A stretch of DNA of 64,000 nucleotides from Acidobacteriota bacterium (GTDB taxonomy: Bacteria; Acidobacteriota; Thermoanaerobaculia; Multivoradales; J023), in contig JAJCXR010000024.1 in NCBI GenBank assembly GCA_029263315.1, positions 124,526 to 188,525 on the forward strand, read 5' to 3'. The notes below the pieces were generated by a model. It had not been told where the DNA came from. It ran no database searches and saw only the letters and a program-made list of their open reading frames with translations. The translations under genes were made by a program, and so were the position numbers. This document shows positions 49,757-61,133 of the stretch, piece after piece (the stretch's first letter is position 1; each line of letters opens with the position of its first letter).

Positions 49757-51238
49757 ATGTTGGAATCTTCAAAGTCCTCTCCAAAGCCGACGCCCAGCAA
49801 GAAACTGGGACAGATGCTCATCGAGCGCGGTGCCATCACCGGTGAGCAACTGCTGCGTGCCATCGACAGCCAACGGTCGGTCGGCGGACGTATCGGCACT
49901 TGCCTCCTGGAAATGGAAGTGCTCAGCGAGGATATCTTGCTGGAGACCCTGGCGGAGCAGCTCTCGGTGCCGGCGTTGCCCGCCGTCTATCTGGTGAGCA
50001 TCGACGACGAGACACTTCAACTGGTGCCCTCACAAGTGGCTAAGCGTTGCCAGGCGATCCCCTTTGCCGCCGAAGAGGGGGAGGTCCAGGTGGCCATCCT
50101 CGATGTGCGCGACCTCGGCTGCCTCGACGAGCTTGCTTTTTGCACCAGCCGACGGGTGCACCCCCACATCGCCAACGAGGCACGTATTTTTCAGGCCCTC
50201 GAGAGGCACTACGGGCATGCCTGCCCATCGCGTTACGTGCATTTGGTGGATCGTTTGGAGGGCCAGAGCTATCAATGGCAGGAAGGCGCTCTGGTGGCGG
50301 AGGGCCCCAAGGCCTTGAGCACCTCGTGGCAGGCCAACGGCGGCTCGACACGGCCAGCAGCGCAGCCGTCGTCGGCAACGCAGCCGTCCATGCCGAGGGC
50401 TGCGCTGTCGCCTCCACCCGCAGCCGATCTGACACCGAAGGTCCAAGGTCCGACCTTCGCTACGCCAAGCTTCGACGATCAGCCGGAAGCCGTGGTGCCG
50501 GCGGAGGGCAAGGCCCCCCCCAAGACGACCTACGAGCCCTTGATCGCCCGACAACCGGAGGCCCCTTCGGAAATCCCCACTTCGCCGTTGCAGGCTATCC
50601 TCGGTGAGGCGACTGGGCCCCCGCCAGCGGAGCAGGATACGGCCTCGGCAGAGGGCAGCCCATGGTCAGCGGCGGTACCGGCTGCGGACGGTATTGCAAT
50701 GGCAGACAGAATGGTCTCGGCGCCTCGGCCGCCCTCCCCTTTCGACGACATCGAGCGTCTGCTCAGCCGACAGAGCGACCGTGACGTCATCGGACAAATC
50801 CTCTTGCGTACCCTGTCCGTCGCCTTCCGTCGCTGCGCCCTGTTCAAGGTGCACCGCCGGGTGCTGCGGGGTTGGTTGTCCCGCGGGCAGGGTTTCGATC
50901 ACCAGCTTTTCTTGGATCTCGAGTTGTCGTTGGAGGACTCCTCCATTTTTCGGCACCTGCAGCAGGGTAGCGAGATCTATATCGGTCCCCTTCCCCACTC
51001 ACCGGCCCATCGTCGGATGGCCTGTACGTGGGGGGGCGATTTGCCCAAGGACTGTCTCATGATGCCGATCCGGGTTCGCGATCACATGGTTTGTGTGGTT
51101 TACGTCGATAACGGAACCGCGGGTCTCCACCAACCGGACGTCGATGGGCTCCGGAATCTGGTGCACCGCGCTTCCCTGGCTTTCGAGTGGTGCATAATGC
51201 GCAAGAAAAGCCTACAGCAGGACGAGAGAGGAAGATGA
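49757..51238 (+). CDS. MshEN/T2SSE-N domain protein without ATPase, C-terminal GAF-like region
   Basis: KLGQMLIERGAITGEQLLRAIDSQ and RIGTCLLEMEVLSEDILLETLAEQ; Pro-rich linker; MPIRVRDHMVCVVYVD. Confidence 0.75.
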   Translation: MLESSKSSPKPTPSKKLGQMLIERGAITGEQLLRAIDSQRSVGGRIGTCLLEMEVLSEDILLETLAEQLSVPALPAVYLVSIDDETLQLVPSQVAKRCQAIPFAAEEGEVQVAILDVRDLGCLDELAFCTSRRVHPHIANEARIFQALERHYGHACPSRYVHLVDRLEGQSYQWQEGALVAEGPKALSTSWQANGGSTRPAAQPSSATQPSMPRAALSPPPAADLTPKVQGPTFATPSFDDQPEAVVPAEGKAPPKTTYEPLIARQPEAPSEIPTSPLQAILGEATGPPPAEQDTASAEGSPWSAAVPAADGIAMADRMVSAPRPPSPFDDIERLLSRQSDRDVIGQILLRTLSVAFRRCALFKVHRRVLRGWLSRGQGFDHQLFLDLELSLEDSSIFRHLQQGSEIYIGPLPHSPAHRRMACTWGGDLPKDCLMMPIRVRDHMVCVVYVDNGTAGLHQPDVDGLRNLVHRASLAFEWCIMRKKSLQQDERGR

Positions 51239-51501
51239 TCAAGGCCGATATTGTCAATCGTGTTGCGGAGGCGGCCGAAGTGCCGCGAACCAAGGCTGCC
51301 CTGGCGGTCGATACCATCTTCGACGCCATGCGGGAGGCGCTGCGCAATGGTAAGCGCATCGAGTTACGCGGTTTTGGAGTCTTCCAAGTGCGGGATCGCA
51401 AGCGTGGTGTGGGACGCAATCCCAAGACCGGGGTGGAGGTCGCCATCACCCCAGGAAAGACGGTGCGCTTCAAACCGGGGAAAGAGCTCAAGAACCTGTG
51501 A
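51235..51501 (+). CDS. HU/IHF family DNA-binding protein
   Basis: MIKADIV..IELRGFGVF..GRNPKTG..VRFKPGKEL. Confidence 0.95.
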   Translation: MIKADIVNRVAEAAEVPRTKAALAVDTIFDAMREALRNGKRIELRGFGVFQVRDRKRGVGRNPKTGVEVAITPGKTVRFKPGKELKNL

Positions 51502-51582
51502 ATGGGCCGGGCGCTGGAAGAAGAGCTGGGTGACGAGACGGGTGAAGCTCGGCAGCTTCCCAGAGTGTTCAGGTGAGGCTGC

Positions 51583-52038
51583 TCAGAGAACCTTGCCCTG
51601 CCTCACGTCGAGTACGAAGGTTACCGGACCGTCGTTGACCAACTGCACCTTCATGTCTGCCCCGAAGCGCCCTCCGGCGACGCCGAAACCAAGGTCGGTG
51701 AGGCGTGCCATCAAGGCTTCCACCAACGGCCGCGCCTTGTCGGGGGCGGCCGAATGGTTGAAGGACGGGCGCCGTCCCTTGGCCAGGCTGGCCCCCAAGG
51801 TGAACTGCGATACAACTAGAAACCGGCCCTGGACGGCACCGATGTCGAGGTTCATCTTGCCGGCGTCGTCCTCGAAGATGCGCAATCCGGCGAGTTTGTC
51901 GGCCGCCACCTCGACCTCCTTCGGCGTGTCCTGGCGCTCGATACCCACCAGTAGGAGGATTCCACGGTCGATGGCGCCGACGACCTCCCCGGCCACCCGC
52001 ACCGATGCATTCTCAACCCGTTGCAGAATAAGGCGCAC
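51583..52038 (-). CDS. dtd: D-aminoacyl-tRNA deacylase
   Basis: QRV..ASV, LRIFED, VSQFTL, GRRPSF, NDGPVT. Confidence 0.96.
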   Translation of the reverse strand: MRLILQRVENASVRVAGEVVGAIDRGILLLVGIERQDTPKEVEVAADKLAGLRIFEDDAGKMNLDIGAVQGRFLVVSQFTLGASLAKGRRPSFNHSAAPDKARPLVEALMARLTDLGFGVAGGRFGADMKVQLVNDGPVTFVLDVRQGKVL

Positions 52039-52164
52039 GTTTTACGTCCTAGTAAGTAGTTGAAGCCCTTGGGCCCGCGGGCGCCCCGTCGACCACCCGG
52101 TGCGGTAGTGTGGGAGCCTCGGCCCAGATATGATAGCGATAGATCGTTAGTTGAGGAGATCAAG

Positions 52165-52662
52165 ATGGTCAACAAAGTGATTCTGATCGGCAACTTGGGG
52201 CGTGATCCGGAGATCCGATCGACGACCTCGGGCATGGCGGTGGCCAATTTCAGTATGGCCACCAGCCGCAAATGGAACGATCGGGACGGAAATCGTCAAG
52301 AGCAGACGGAGTGGCACAACATCGTCTGCTTCGGTCGTCAAGCGGAGATCGCCGGGCAGTATCTGACCCGGGGCAAAAAGATCTATGTTGAAGGGCGCCT
52401 GCAGACCCGTTCGTGGGACGATCGCAACACCGGCGAGAAGAAGTATCGCACCGAGATCGTATGCGACAACTTCCAGATGCTCGGCAGCCGCCAAGATGGC
52501 GGTGGGGGCGGCGGTTACCAAGGCGGTGGCGGTGGCTACCAGGGCGGTGGCGGCCAAGCCAGTGGTGGCGGTGGCCAAGACGACGGCCCGCAAGGGGCCC
52601 CATCGCAGGGCCCCGATGGCGGTGGCTTCGGCCCGGAAGACGACGACGACATTCCGTTCTGA
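52165..52662 (+). CDS. ssb: Single-stranded DNA-binding protein
   Basis: [20 protein letters not shown], Gly-rich linker, DDDIPF tail. Confidence 0.97.
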   Translation: MVNKVILIGNLGRDPEIRSTTSGMAVANFSMATSRKWNDRDGNRQEQTEWHNIVCFGRQAEIAGQYLTRGKKIYVEGRLQTRSWDDRNTGEKKYRTEIVCDNFQMLGSRQDGGGGGGYQGGGGGYQGGGGQASGGGGQDDGPQGAPSQGPDGGGFGPEDDDDIPF

Positions 52663-52679
52663 GCCGCCGCCCCGCCCAT

Positions 52680-55307
52680 TCAGCTGAGGCGTTTCTTGAG
52701 GCTGTGCAGGAGGTTCAGCGCCGCCAAGGGGGTGAGTTGGTCGAGGTCGCTGTCGCGTAAGACCTGGGCCACCATCTCCTCCGGCGGGGTGAAGAGGCTC
52801 AGCTGCTCTTTGTCCTGGGGAGCGGGCCGTAACTCCCCCTGCGCCCTCCGGGGCTCGCCGCTCGGGTCGTATTCCTGCGCCTCCAGATTGGCCAATACTT
52901 CGGCGGCCCGCTCGACCACCGACGCCGGTATCCCGGCCAAACGGGCCACGTGCAGGCCGTAAGATTTGTCGGCGCTGCCGGCGATCACGCGGCGTAGAAA
53001 AACGATTTGATCCTGCCACTCGCGTACCGCCAGGGTGCGGTTGACCACCCGGGGTAACAGTTGGGCTAGCTCGGTGAGCTCATGGTAATGGGTGGCGAAC
53101 AGGGTCTTCGGCCGCCGCTCCTGGTGTAGGTACTCGACGATCGCCCAGGCCAGGGAGAGACCATCGAAGGTGGCGGTACCCCGCCCCACCTCGTCGAGAA
53201 TGACCAGGCTGTGGTCGCTGGCGTAATTCAGAATATTGGCGGTCTCGATCATCTCCACCATGAATGTGGATTCACCGCGGGCCAAGTCGTCGCTGGCACC
53301 GACCCGGGTGAAGATTCGGTCGACCGCCCCCATCTCCGCCGCCTCCGCCGGCACAAAGCTGCCGCTGTGGGCCATCAGGACGATGAGGGCCACTTGCCGT
53401 AGATAGGTCGACTTACCACCCATGTTAGGACCGGTCAGGATGACGATTTGCGACTCCTCGGCGTCGAGCTCGGTGTCGTTGGGCACGAAGGGATCGCGGC
53501 TCGTCGCCTCCACCACCGGATGACGTCCCTCCCGTAATACCAGAGGTTGCCCGGCGGCATGCACCTTGGGACGGCAATAGCCCCGTTTCGAGGCTTGCTC
53601 GGCAAACGACAGCAGGACATCGAGCTTGCCGAAGGCCGCCGCCAGGCGGTGCAGGCCCTCGCTATACCCCGCCACCAGCTGCCGCAGCTCTTCGAAGTAA
53701 CGTTCCTCCAAGGCCAGCTGCTTCTCCTCGGCCCCTAGAACCTCTTCCTCGAGCTCTTTGATCTCCGGCGTGACGTAACGCTCAGCGTTGACCAACGTCT
53801 GTTTGCGGATGTAGTGCTCGGGGACCAGATGCTGGTTGGCCTTGGTGACTTCGAGGTAATAACCGAAGACCTTGTTGTAGCGAATCTTCAACGAGCTGAT
53901 GCCCGTCTTTTGGCGTTCGGAGGTTTCCAACTGCAACATCAGCTGTTTGCTGTCGCGGGCCAGGGTTCGGCTGCGATCGAGGTCGGGGTCCACCCCATCG
54001 TTGATGACGCCACCGTTTTTCAGCACCGAGGCCGGTTCCTCCAGCAACAGGCGGTGCAGCTCCGAGGCCAGCTGCGGCAGCGGATCGCTGGACGCCACCT
54101 CCACCAACAATGGGCTCTTGCAGTCCCCCAGGCGCTGCAGAATGTCGGGGGCGACGCTCAAGGTGTGACGTAAAACCACCGCCTCCCTCGGTGTCAAGGT
54201 GCCGAGCACGGCTCGACTGAGCAGACGCTCAGGATCGCCCACCGCGGCTAGCTGCTGCATCAGATCCTGGCGTAGATCGATGTCCTGGAGCAGCTCGGCA
54301 ACGGCGTCATGCCGCAGGTCGATCGCTTCCGGGTCATTCAACGGACGGCGCAACCAGTCGCGCAATAGACGCCCCCCGGGCGGTGTCGAGGTGCGGTCGA
54401 GGACCTGCAACAGGCTCCCCTTGCGGGTGCCTTCCCGCTGATTGCGGAAGACCTCTAGATTGGCCAGGGTGGTGGCGTCCAACAGCAGGTATTCGGAGCT
54501 GTCGCGCAGTTGCAAGCTGCGCACATGGGATAAATCGTTGCGTTGTGTTTCCCGGGCATAGGCCAGGGCCGACGCCGCCGCCAGCACCGCCGGCTCATCG
54601 TGCTCGAGGCCGAAACCGCGCAGGGTTTGGGCGTTGAAGTGGTCCAAGAGAAGCTGCGCTGCCTTGCGGGGATCGAGCCAGCGGTCATCGGCCAGCGGCG
54701 TGCGGCAAACCACCTCCCGCTCGACGAAGGTTATGATTTCTGGCGGTAAGCTGGGCTCCTCGGCCAGCACCTCCCGCGGCCGCAGGACTCCGAGATCCTC
54801 CAGGGCGGCCACGGCGTTGGACCAACGGCGGACGAAGAAGTCGCCGGTGCTGATATCGAGAAAGGCGCCGGCCCCGGAGTCGTCGACCCACACCAAACAG
54901 GCCAGAAGATTCTCTTCCTTGCCTTGCAGCAGATTGGGTTGCGAAATCGTGCCGGGGGTCACCACGCGGGTCACCTCCCGACGCACCAGCCCCTTGGCCT
55001 GAGACGGGTCCTCCACCTGATCGCAGATGGCCACCTTCAAACCCGCCGACACCGCCTTTGCCAGGTAGGTGTCGAGGGCATGGTGCGGCACGCCACACAT
55101 GGGCACCGGATTGGTGTCCTTATGGCGCGCCGTCAGGGTGACTTCGAGCACCTCCGCCGCCTTTTTGGCGTCTTCGAAAAAGAGCTCGTAGAAGTCACCC
55201 ATGCGGTAGAAGACCAATGCGTCTTCGTGCTCTGCCTTCACTTCCAGGTAGTGAAGCAGCATCGGCGTCAACTTGGGCTTGCCTGTAACCTTCTTGGAAC
55301 GTGCCAT
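52680..55307 (-). CDS. mutS: DNA mismatch repair protein MutS
   Basis: MGDFYELF, TGPNMGGKST, STFMVEM, DEVGRGT, SYGLHVA. Confidence 0.97.
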   Translation of the reverse strand: MARSKKVTGKPKLTPMLLHYLEVKAEHEDALVFYRMGDFYELFFEDAKKAAEVLEVTLTARHKDTNPVPMCGVPHHALDTYLAKAVSAGLKVAICDQVEDPSQAKGLVRREVTRVVTPGTISQPNLLQGKEENLLACLVWVDDSGAGAFLDISTGDFFVRRWSNAVAALEDLGVLRPREVLAEEPSLPPEIITFVEREVVCRTPLADDRWLDPRKAAQLLLDHFNAQTLRGFGLEHDEPAVLAAASALAYARETQRNDLSHVRSLQLRDSSEYLLLDATTLANLEVFRNQREGTRKGSLLQVLDRTSTPPGGRLLRDWLRRPLNDPEAIDLRHDAVAELLQDIDLRQDLMQQLAAVGDPERLLSRAVLGTLTPREAVVLRHTLSVAPDILQRLGDCKSPLLVEVASSDPLPQLASELHRLLLEEPASVLKNGGVINDGVDPDLDRSRTLARDSKQLMLQLETSERQKTGISSLKIRYNKVFGYYLEVTKANQHLVPEHYIRKQTLVNAERYVTPEIKELEEEVLGAEEKQLALEERYFEELRQLVAGYSEGLHRLAAAFGKLDVLLSFAEQASKRGYCRPKVHAAGQPLVLREGRHPVVEATSRDPFVPNDTELDAEESQIVILTGPNMGGKSTYLRQVALIVLMAHSGSFVPAEAAEMGAVDRIFTRVGASDDLARGESTFMVEMIETANILNYASDHSLVILDEVGRGTATFDGLSLAWAIVEYLHQERRPKTLFATHYHELTELAQLLPRVVNRTLAVREWQDQIVFLRRVIAGSADKSYGLHVARLAGIPASVVERAAEVLANLEAQEYDPSGEPRRAQGELRPAPQDKEQLSLFTPPEEMVAQVLRDSDLDQLTPLAALNLLHSLKKRLS

Positions 55308-55368
55308 GGGCGAAAGATTACAGAGAATTCACTGAAACGCAACGCCGCCGCGAACCTCTCCGAGACCG

Positions 55369-57201
55369 TCACGGCTTTCGACGGTTGTCCTGGCTCGGAT
55401 CGAAGTGCACTTTGCTCGACAGAATCTTGCCCGACAGCTTGTCGTAGAGCGACACCACCATGTCGTGGGGACGCTTGCGGACCTTCATCGTCGTGTCATA
55501 GACGGTGAAGTCGTCGTCTGTGGGTTCTTCTGAGACCCGGATGCCCAGGGGAATGACCGGAATATCCGAGGTATTGCCACCGTCGTCGAGCACCGCGACG
55601 CGCAGCTCCGTATCGGCAATCCACTTTCCCTCCTGTTGCAGGAAGGTCAGGGCCCCCACCGGGATGGCGATGCGCAGGGGCACGATCACCTTGCCGAAGC
55701 CGGACTTCTTACCCTCTCCCACCTCGACCCGCAGGGGCGCCGCGCTGGGGGGATCGCCGAAAAGCAGAGAGCTCTCCACCATCATGGTGACCTCGGTCTG
55801 CCGGGAGAGATCCGAAAAACCTTCGCGGGCCCGTACCTTGAGTCCTTTACGGCGCATTTTCACCTCCACCCGGTGGGCGCTGTCGTCCCCCTGCCAGGTG
55901 GGCGTGAAACCAAGCCAGTAATACGACCGAGTATCTTCGACGGCACTGGCAAAGGCATTGAGGCTACCGGCATCGAGGGCGGCGCGACCGCCGGTATCAC
56001 GGGCCAAAGAGCTGAGGGCCAGCTCCTCCTCTTGCTCCCGGTTGAAGAGCTGGTTGCGCCGCAGACCGGCCTGCTCGACGGTGAAGTCCTCGGTGTCGAG
56101 AACGGAGCCGCCAAGCCCCGGTACGTCCACCGGATACAGCGTGTAGCTGAGGCGATTGGCCGTCTCGGTGAGGGGTGCGTAGAGACGGTCGTAATTCTCC
56201 GCCCCACCCACATAGACGGTGCGCTGCGGATCGTTGATCACCCATTCGGTGGGATTGTGGGGCCAACCGCCCGAAAGCAGCAACATGGCCTTGCGTCCCG
56301 GCGGGTTGGCGAAGCTGCGCAGGGCGGAGCTGGCCGCCAGGACCACGCGCTTCACTTGATTGGCGATCAGATCTGCCTGCTGCTGCTCCTCCAGGGAGAT
56401 GGTGGATTCCACGACGGTGGACAGCTCGCTGGTGGACTGCGCCAGGTTGAGGCCCGTACGATCGTCGTCCGTGAGCTCGAAGATACGACGCTCGGCCCGC
56501 CGTTGTAGGCCGAACGCTGGGCGTCCCTGGGCTTTGCGGAAGACGTCCTCGAGCTCCTCCGTCGACTGGCTCCACGAGGTCAGCATCTCGACCTGATTGC
56601 CGTTGTAGGCCACCACGGCCATGCGATCCTCCGGGTTGAGCAAGGGCAATTGCTCCATCATGGCCTGCAGGACCCGGTTGCGGTCCACCTGGATGCTGAA
56701 GAATTCATCGATGAATACCAGATAGCTGGTGCCCACCCTTTCGCCGGGGGCCAGGGCCGGTAGGGTGCCGGCGGCGTCTTTCTTTTCCATGTTCGCCACC
56801 CCGCCGGTGACTTCGGTGAAGTACTCGATGGGCACTTCCGTGCCATCGACTCGCAACAGGAAATCGTCGGGCTGCAAGCCGCGCACCCGCTCCCCCTTCT
56901 CCGTCACCACCACTTCCAGGTTGACCACCCGCACATCGATGACCTCACCGAAAGTATTCGCCTGGGCCGACAGGGGCTGCGCCAACAGACCCGCCAACAA
57001 TAGGGTGAGCAGGGCGATCAGCGGAACGACGGCCAGCCCGAGAAAGGACAGCTCCATCGACTGCGGATTCAAGCTTTGGGCCTTGCCGAAGGATCTCGCC
57101 CGGTGGCCCGAGGGCAAACGTTGAAAAGCACCCGTTGTACTCAAAGCACCCTTTGTATCTAAAGCACCCTCTGTATCTTGTGTCATGATCGATTGCCTCA
57201 T
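55369..57201 (-). CDS. VWA-domain protein (Acidobacterial VWFA-related type)
   Basis: [44 protein letters not shown]; start uncertain (18-bp tandem repeats at the 5' end). Confidence 0.8.
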   Translation of the reverse strand: MRQSIMTQDTEGALDTKGALSTTGAFQRLPSGHRARSFGKAQSLNPQSMELSFLGLAVVPLIALLTLLLAGLLAQPLSAQANTFGEVIDVRVVNLEVVVTEKGERVRGLQPDDFLLRVDGTEVPIEYFTEVTGGVANMEKKDAAGTLPALAPGERVGTSYLVFIDEFFSIQVDRNRVLQAMMEQLPLLNPEDRMAVVAYNGNQVEMLTSWSQSTEELEDVFRKAQGRPAFGLQRRAERRIFELTDDDRTGLNLAQSTSELSTVVESTISLEEQQQADLIANQVKRVVLAASSALRSFANPPGRKAMLLLSGGWPHNPTEWVINDPQRTVYVGGAENYDRLYAPLTETANRLSYTLYPVDVPGLGGSVLDTEDFTVEQAGLRRNQLFNREQEEELALSSLARDTGGRAALDAGSLNAFASAVEDTRSYYWLGFTPTWQGDDSAHRVEVKMRRKGLKVRAREGFSDLSRQTEVTMMVESSLLFGDPPSAAPLRVEVGEGKKSGFGKVIVPLRIAIPVGALTFLQQEGKWIADTELRVAVLDDGGNTSDIPVIPLGIRVSEEPTDDDFTVYDTTMKVRKRPHDMVVSLYDKLSGKILSSKVHFDPSQDNRRKP

Positions 57202-57537
57202 GATGATGTCTCCTTGACGGGCCTACCCATGCCGACATGGCATGCTCGAACCCTTAGGGCATTAACGAATAGCAAAAACGGTACCACATTACCCGGTGCT
57301 TTGGATTGTTTCACCGTGCCTCGCCGGGTCGCCTCCGTCGAGGCTGGCGAGAGCTTGCCGAGGTCTGAATCGAGACCGGTGAGCCGCCCCGGTGTCCTCC
57401 AGGGGGGACATCACCCCGTCCCTCCCCGGCAGCGCTTGATGCCCGGCCTTGTCTCACCCCAGCGCCCTTGCTATTCTGCCGCACCTTCTCAGGACACTGC
57501 CCGCAGGCACGTCAACCACATATTTCGAGGCTTTGAG

Positions 57538-60075
57538 ATGCGCTACAACCCAGCTGAAATCGAACCCAAATGGCAACAAATCTGGCAGGAGCAGGAGGCT
57601 TTTCGCACCCCTTCTGATCTCAAAGAGCTAAGTCGGCGCCCCAAATTCTACGTCCTCGACATGTTCCCCTACCCTTCGGGTGCCGGTTTGCATGTGGGCC
57701 ACGCCGAGGGCTACACGGCCACCGATGTGGTGGCCCGCTTCAAGCGCATGACCGGACACAACGTCTTGCACCCCATGGGCTGGGACGCCTTCGGCTTGCC
57801 CGCTGAGCGTTCGGCGGTGCGCGAAGGCATCCACCCGGCGAAGATCACCAAACGCAACGTCGACAACTTCACCAGGCAGATCAAGCGCCTCGGCTTCAGC
57901 TATGACTGGCGGCGTGAGGTCAATACCTCGCAGGCCGACTACTACCGCTGGACCCAGTGGATCTTTCTGCGCCTCTTCGAGAAGGATCTGGCCTACCTCA
58001 AAGAGGTGCCGGTGAATTGGTGTCCCGCCTTGGGCACCGTGTTGGCCAATGAAGAGGTCAAAGACGGCAAATACATCGAGACCGGCGACCCGGTGGAACG
58101 CCGCAACATGCGGCAATGGATGCTCAAAATCACCGCCTATTCGGAGCGTCTGCTGGAAGATCTCGACTTGGTGGATTGGCCGGAAAGCGTCAAGGAAATG
58201 CAGCGCAACTGGATCGGTAGATCGACGGGTTGCGATGTCACCTTCCGGATCAGCGACAGTGACCAGGCCTTCGAGGTGTTCACCACCCGCCCGGACACCC
58301 TCTTCGGTGCCACCTACTGCGTCTTGGCACCGGAGCATCCCCTGGTCGAGGTGATTACCACCGAGGAGCGACGACCGGCGGTGCAAGACTACGTCCGCGT
58401 CGCCACCCAGAAGACCGATCTGCTGCGTACCGACCTGGCCAAGGAGAAGAGTGGGGTCTTCTCCGGCGCCTACGCCATCAATCCGGTGAATGGCGAGAAG
58501 CTACCCGTCTGGATCGCCGACTATGTGCTGATGAGCTACGGCACCGGAGCCATCATGGCGGTTCCCGGCCAGGACCAACGGGACTGGGATTTCGCCAAGG
58601 TCTACGATCTGCCGATTCTGCGGACCGTCCAGCCGCCGCCGGGCTTCGACGGCGAGGCCTACACCGGTGACGGGGCGGCCATCAATTCCGCTTTCCTCGA
58701 TGGCCTGGAGGTGGACGAAGCCAAGGCCAAGATCACCGACTGGCTCGAGGACAAGGGTTTGGGCACCGCCAAGGTGCAATACAAGCTGCGTGATTGGCTA
58801 TTCTCGCGCCAGCGCTATTGGGGCGAGCCCTTCCCCATCGTCCACCTGGAAGATGGCACGGTGGTGGCACTGCCGGAGGATCAATTGCCCGTCACCCTGC
58901 CGCAGATCGACGAATATCGCCCCACCGACGACGGTCGGCCGCCTTTGGCTCGGGCCGGCGACGAGTGGTTGATGGTGGAGCTTCCCGATGGTCGCAAGGG
59001 AGTGCGCGAAACCAACACCATGCCGCAGTGGGCGGGATCTTGCTGGTATTACCTGCGTTACATCGATCCGCAGAACACCGAGCAACCGTGGGACCCGGCG
59101 CTGGAAGAGTATTGGTTGCCCGTCGACCTCTACATCGGTGGCGTCGAGCACGCCGTCCTGCATTTGCTCTATGCCCGTTTCTGGCACAAGGTGCTCTACG
59201 ATTGCGGTCTGGTGGCCTCCAAGGAGCCCTTCCAGAAGCTCTTCAACCAGGGCATGATCTTGGCCACCAGCTACCGCGATGAAGCCGGTAAGTACTGGTC
59301 GCGGGAGGATGTCGAAGAGTGCGACGGGCAGTTCTTTGCCCCCGGCCAGGAAACTGCCCTGTCGGTACAAGTGGAGAAGATGGCCAAGTCGAAGCTCAAC
59401 GGCGTCGATCCGATGCAAGTCATCGCCCAATACGGCGCCGACTCGGTGCGTTTGTACGAGCTGTTCATGGGCCCGCTGGAGCAAACCAAACCCTGGCAGA
59501 TGGAAAGCGTCGAAGGCATCTATCGTTTCCTCGGCAGGGTGTGGCGGCTGGTGATGGATCCCCTCAGCGGCGAGCTCAATGGCCGCCTCACCGACGCCGA
59601 GCCGAGCAGCGAAGCGGAGCTCGAGAAGACCCTGCACAAGACCCTCAAGAAAGTCCAGGAGGACACCGAGGCTTTGCGCTTCAACACCGCCATCGCCCAG
59701 ATGATGATCTTTGTCAACGAGGCCACCTCGAGCGCCACCTTGCCGAAGAGCATTCTCTCTGCCTTCTTGCACGCCCTGGCTCCCTACGCACCCCATCTGG
59801 CGGAGGAGGCCTGGCAGCGTCTCGGCGGTGACGGCCTGTTGGCCAAAGCGGCCTGGCCCGACCACGACGAAGCCCTGTGCGTCGAAGACACGATCACCGT
59901 CGTGGTCCAGGTGCAAGGCAAGTTGAGGGATCGCTTGCAAGTGGCCCGCGGCACCGCCAAGGCAACCCTCGAAGAGATGGCCTTGGCGTCGGAAGTGGTG
60001 CAACGTTTCTGCGACGGCAAGGCGCCGCGCAAGGTCATCGTGGTGCCCGACCGTCTGGTCAATATCGTTCTCTGA
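57538..60075 (+). CDS. leuS: Leucine--tRNA ligase
   Basis: [22 protein letters not shown] editing domain, KMAKS; ATG at 57538. Confidence 0.97.
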   Translation: MRYNPAEIEPKWQQIWQEQEAFRTPSDLKELSRRPKFYVLDMFPYPSGAGLHVGHAEGYTATDVVARFKRMTGHNVLHPMGWDAFGLPAERSAVREGIHPAKITKRNVDNFTRQIKRLGFSYDWRREVNTSQADYYRWTQWIFLRLFEKDLAYLKEVPVNWCPALGTVLANEEVKDGKYIETGDPVERRNMRQWMLKITAYSERLLEDLDLVDWPESVKEMQRNWIGRSTGCDVTFRISDSDQAFEVFTTRPDTLFGATYCVLAPEHPLVEVITTEERRPAVQDYVRVATQKTDLLRTDLAKEKSGVFSGAYAINPVNGEKLPVWIADYVLMSYGTGAIMAVPGQDQRDWDFAKVYDLPILRTVQPPPGFDGEAYTGDGAAINSAFLDGLEVDEAKAKITDWLEDKGLGTAKVQYKLRDWLFSRQRYWGEPFPIVHLEDGTVVALPEDQLPVTLPQIDEYRPTDDGRPPLARAGDEWLMVELPDGRKGVRETNTMPQWAGSCWYYLRYIDPQNTEQPWDPALEEYWLPVDLYIGGVEHAVLHLLYARFWHKVLYDCGLVASKEPFQKLFNQGMILATSYRDEAGKYWSREDVEECDGQFFAPGQETALSVQVEKMAKSKLNGVDPMQVIAQYGADSVRLYELFMGPLEQTKPWQMESVEGIYRFLGRVWRLVMDPLSGELNGRLTDAEPSSEAELEKTLHKTLKKVQEDTEALRFNTAIAQMMIFVNEATSSATLPKSILSAFLHALAPYAPHLAEEAWQRLGGDGLLAKAAWPDHDEALCVEDTITVVVQVQGKLRDRLQVARGTAKATLEEMALASEVVQRFCDGKAPRKVIVVPDRLVNIVL

Positions 60076-60094
60076 GCAACGGACGGTTATCTTC

Positions 60095-60919
60095 ATGTCG
60101 CAAGCCGTCGATGCCGGCCAAGTCGGTCATTTAGTCAAGGCCCTGCGTCAGGTCGGCGAAGGGCATTTGGTGGTGATCACCGGCGCCGGGATCAGCTTGG
60201 CCAGCGGCATCGCCACCTTCCGCGGCACCGACCCGGACGCCATCTGGCAAAAGGACGTCACGGAGCTCGGCACCTTCCGCTATTTCCAGCACGATCCGGT
60301 GGGCAGCTGGAGATGGTATTTGTCCCGCTTTTCCCAAGTGCTGGGGGCGCAGCCCAATGCCGCCCATCGAGCCTTGGTGGACCTGGAGCGCTGGCAGCTG
60401 CAGCGCGGCCGCTTCACCCTGATCACCCAGAACGTCGACACCCTGCACGAGGACGCGGGCCAGCAAGAGTTGGTCAAAGTTCACGGCTCGGCGAATCGTA
60501 TCCGCTGTCCACGGGAGGGGTGTGCCAACGGTGCGCCGGAGGGCTCCTTGCCACGCAGCGATTTCGATGTCGAGGCTTTCCTCGCCCGCCCCGAGACAGA
60601 GCGCCTTCCCCACTGCCCCCTGTGTGGCGATATCCTGCGCCAGCACGTGCTGTGGTTCGACGAGTACTACGGCGAGCATCGGGACTACCAGTGGCCGCGA
60701 GTCCAGGAGGCGGCCTGGAGCGCCGATCTGATGCTCTTTGTGGGCACCTCGTTTTCGGTCGGTGTGACGGATCTCTTCCTGCGTCAGGGGCTCGGCAGAG
60801 GCATTGCCCTGCTGTCGATCGACCCTTCCGACGCCGCCGCGCCGATGGCCGGCCTCGAGGTCTTGAACGCCAAGGCCGAGGTCTTGCTACCGGCCGTCGG
60901 ACGCCATTTGCAGGGTTGA
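60095..60919 (+). CDS. cobB: Sir2/CobB NAD-dependent deacylase
   Basis: TGAGISLASGIATFRG, TQNVDTLH, HGS, Zn-binding Cys pairs, VGTS. Confidence 0.85.
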   Translation: MSQAVDAGQVGHLVKALRQVGEGHLVVITGAGISLASGIATFRGTDPDAIWQKDVTELGTFRYFQHDPVGSWRWYLSRFSQVLGAQPNAAHRALVDLERWQLQRGRFTLITQNVDTLHEDAGQQELVKVHGSANRIRCPREGCANGAPEGSLPRSDFDVEAFLARPETERLPHCPLCGDILRQHVLWFDEYYGEHRDYQWPRVQEAAWSADLMLFVGTSFSVGVTDLFLRQGLGRGIALLSIDPSDAAAPMAGLEVLNAKAEVLLPAVGRHLQG

Positions 60920-61133
60920 CTCACCTCCGCCGCCGGATTGACTTTTTCCCATTCTGCGGGTATTTTCGTTACCTCAATCCACAGACGGATTTGCATGCTT
61001 GCATCCATGCCTCGGGGCAGCTCCGCAGCTCACCGAGGCGAGGATTTCCGCCGACGGCTGGAGAAGATCGCTCCCTCACCATGGGCAGATCAGCGGATCA
61101 GCTAGTTATCAACTCAACCAGTAAGGACAATCC

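Noticed and set aside
60095-60919. Sir2 protein as an anti-phage defence effector
   Set aside because: It has the Zn-binding CobB-type deacylase layout, follows leuS, and has no defence partner genes.
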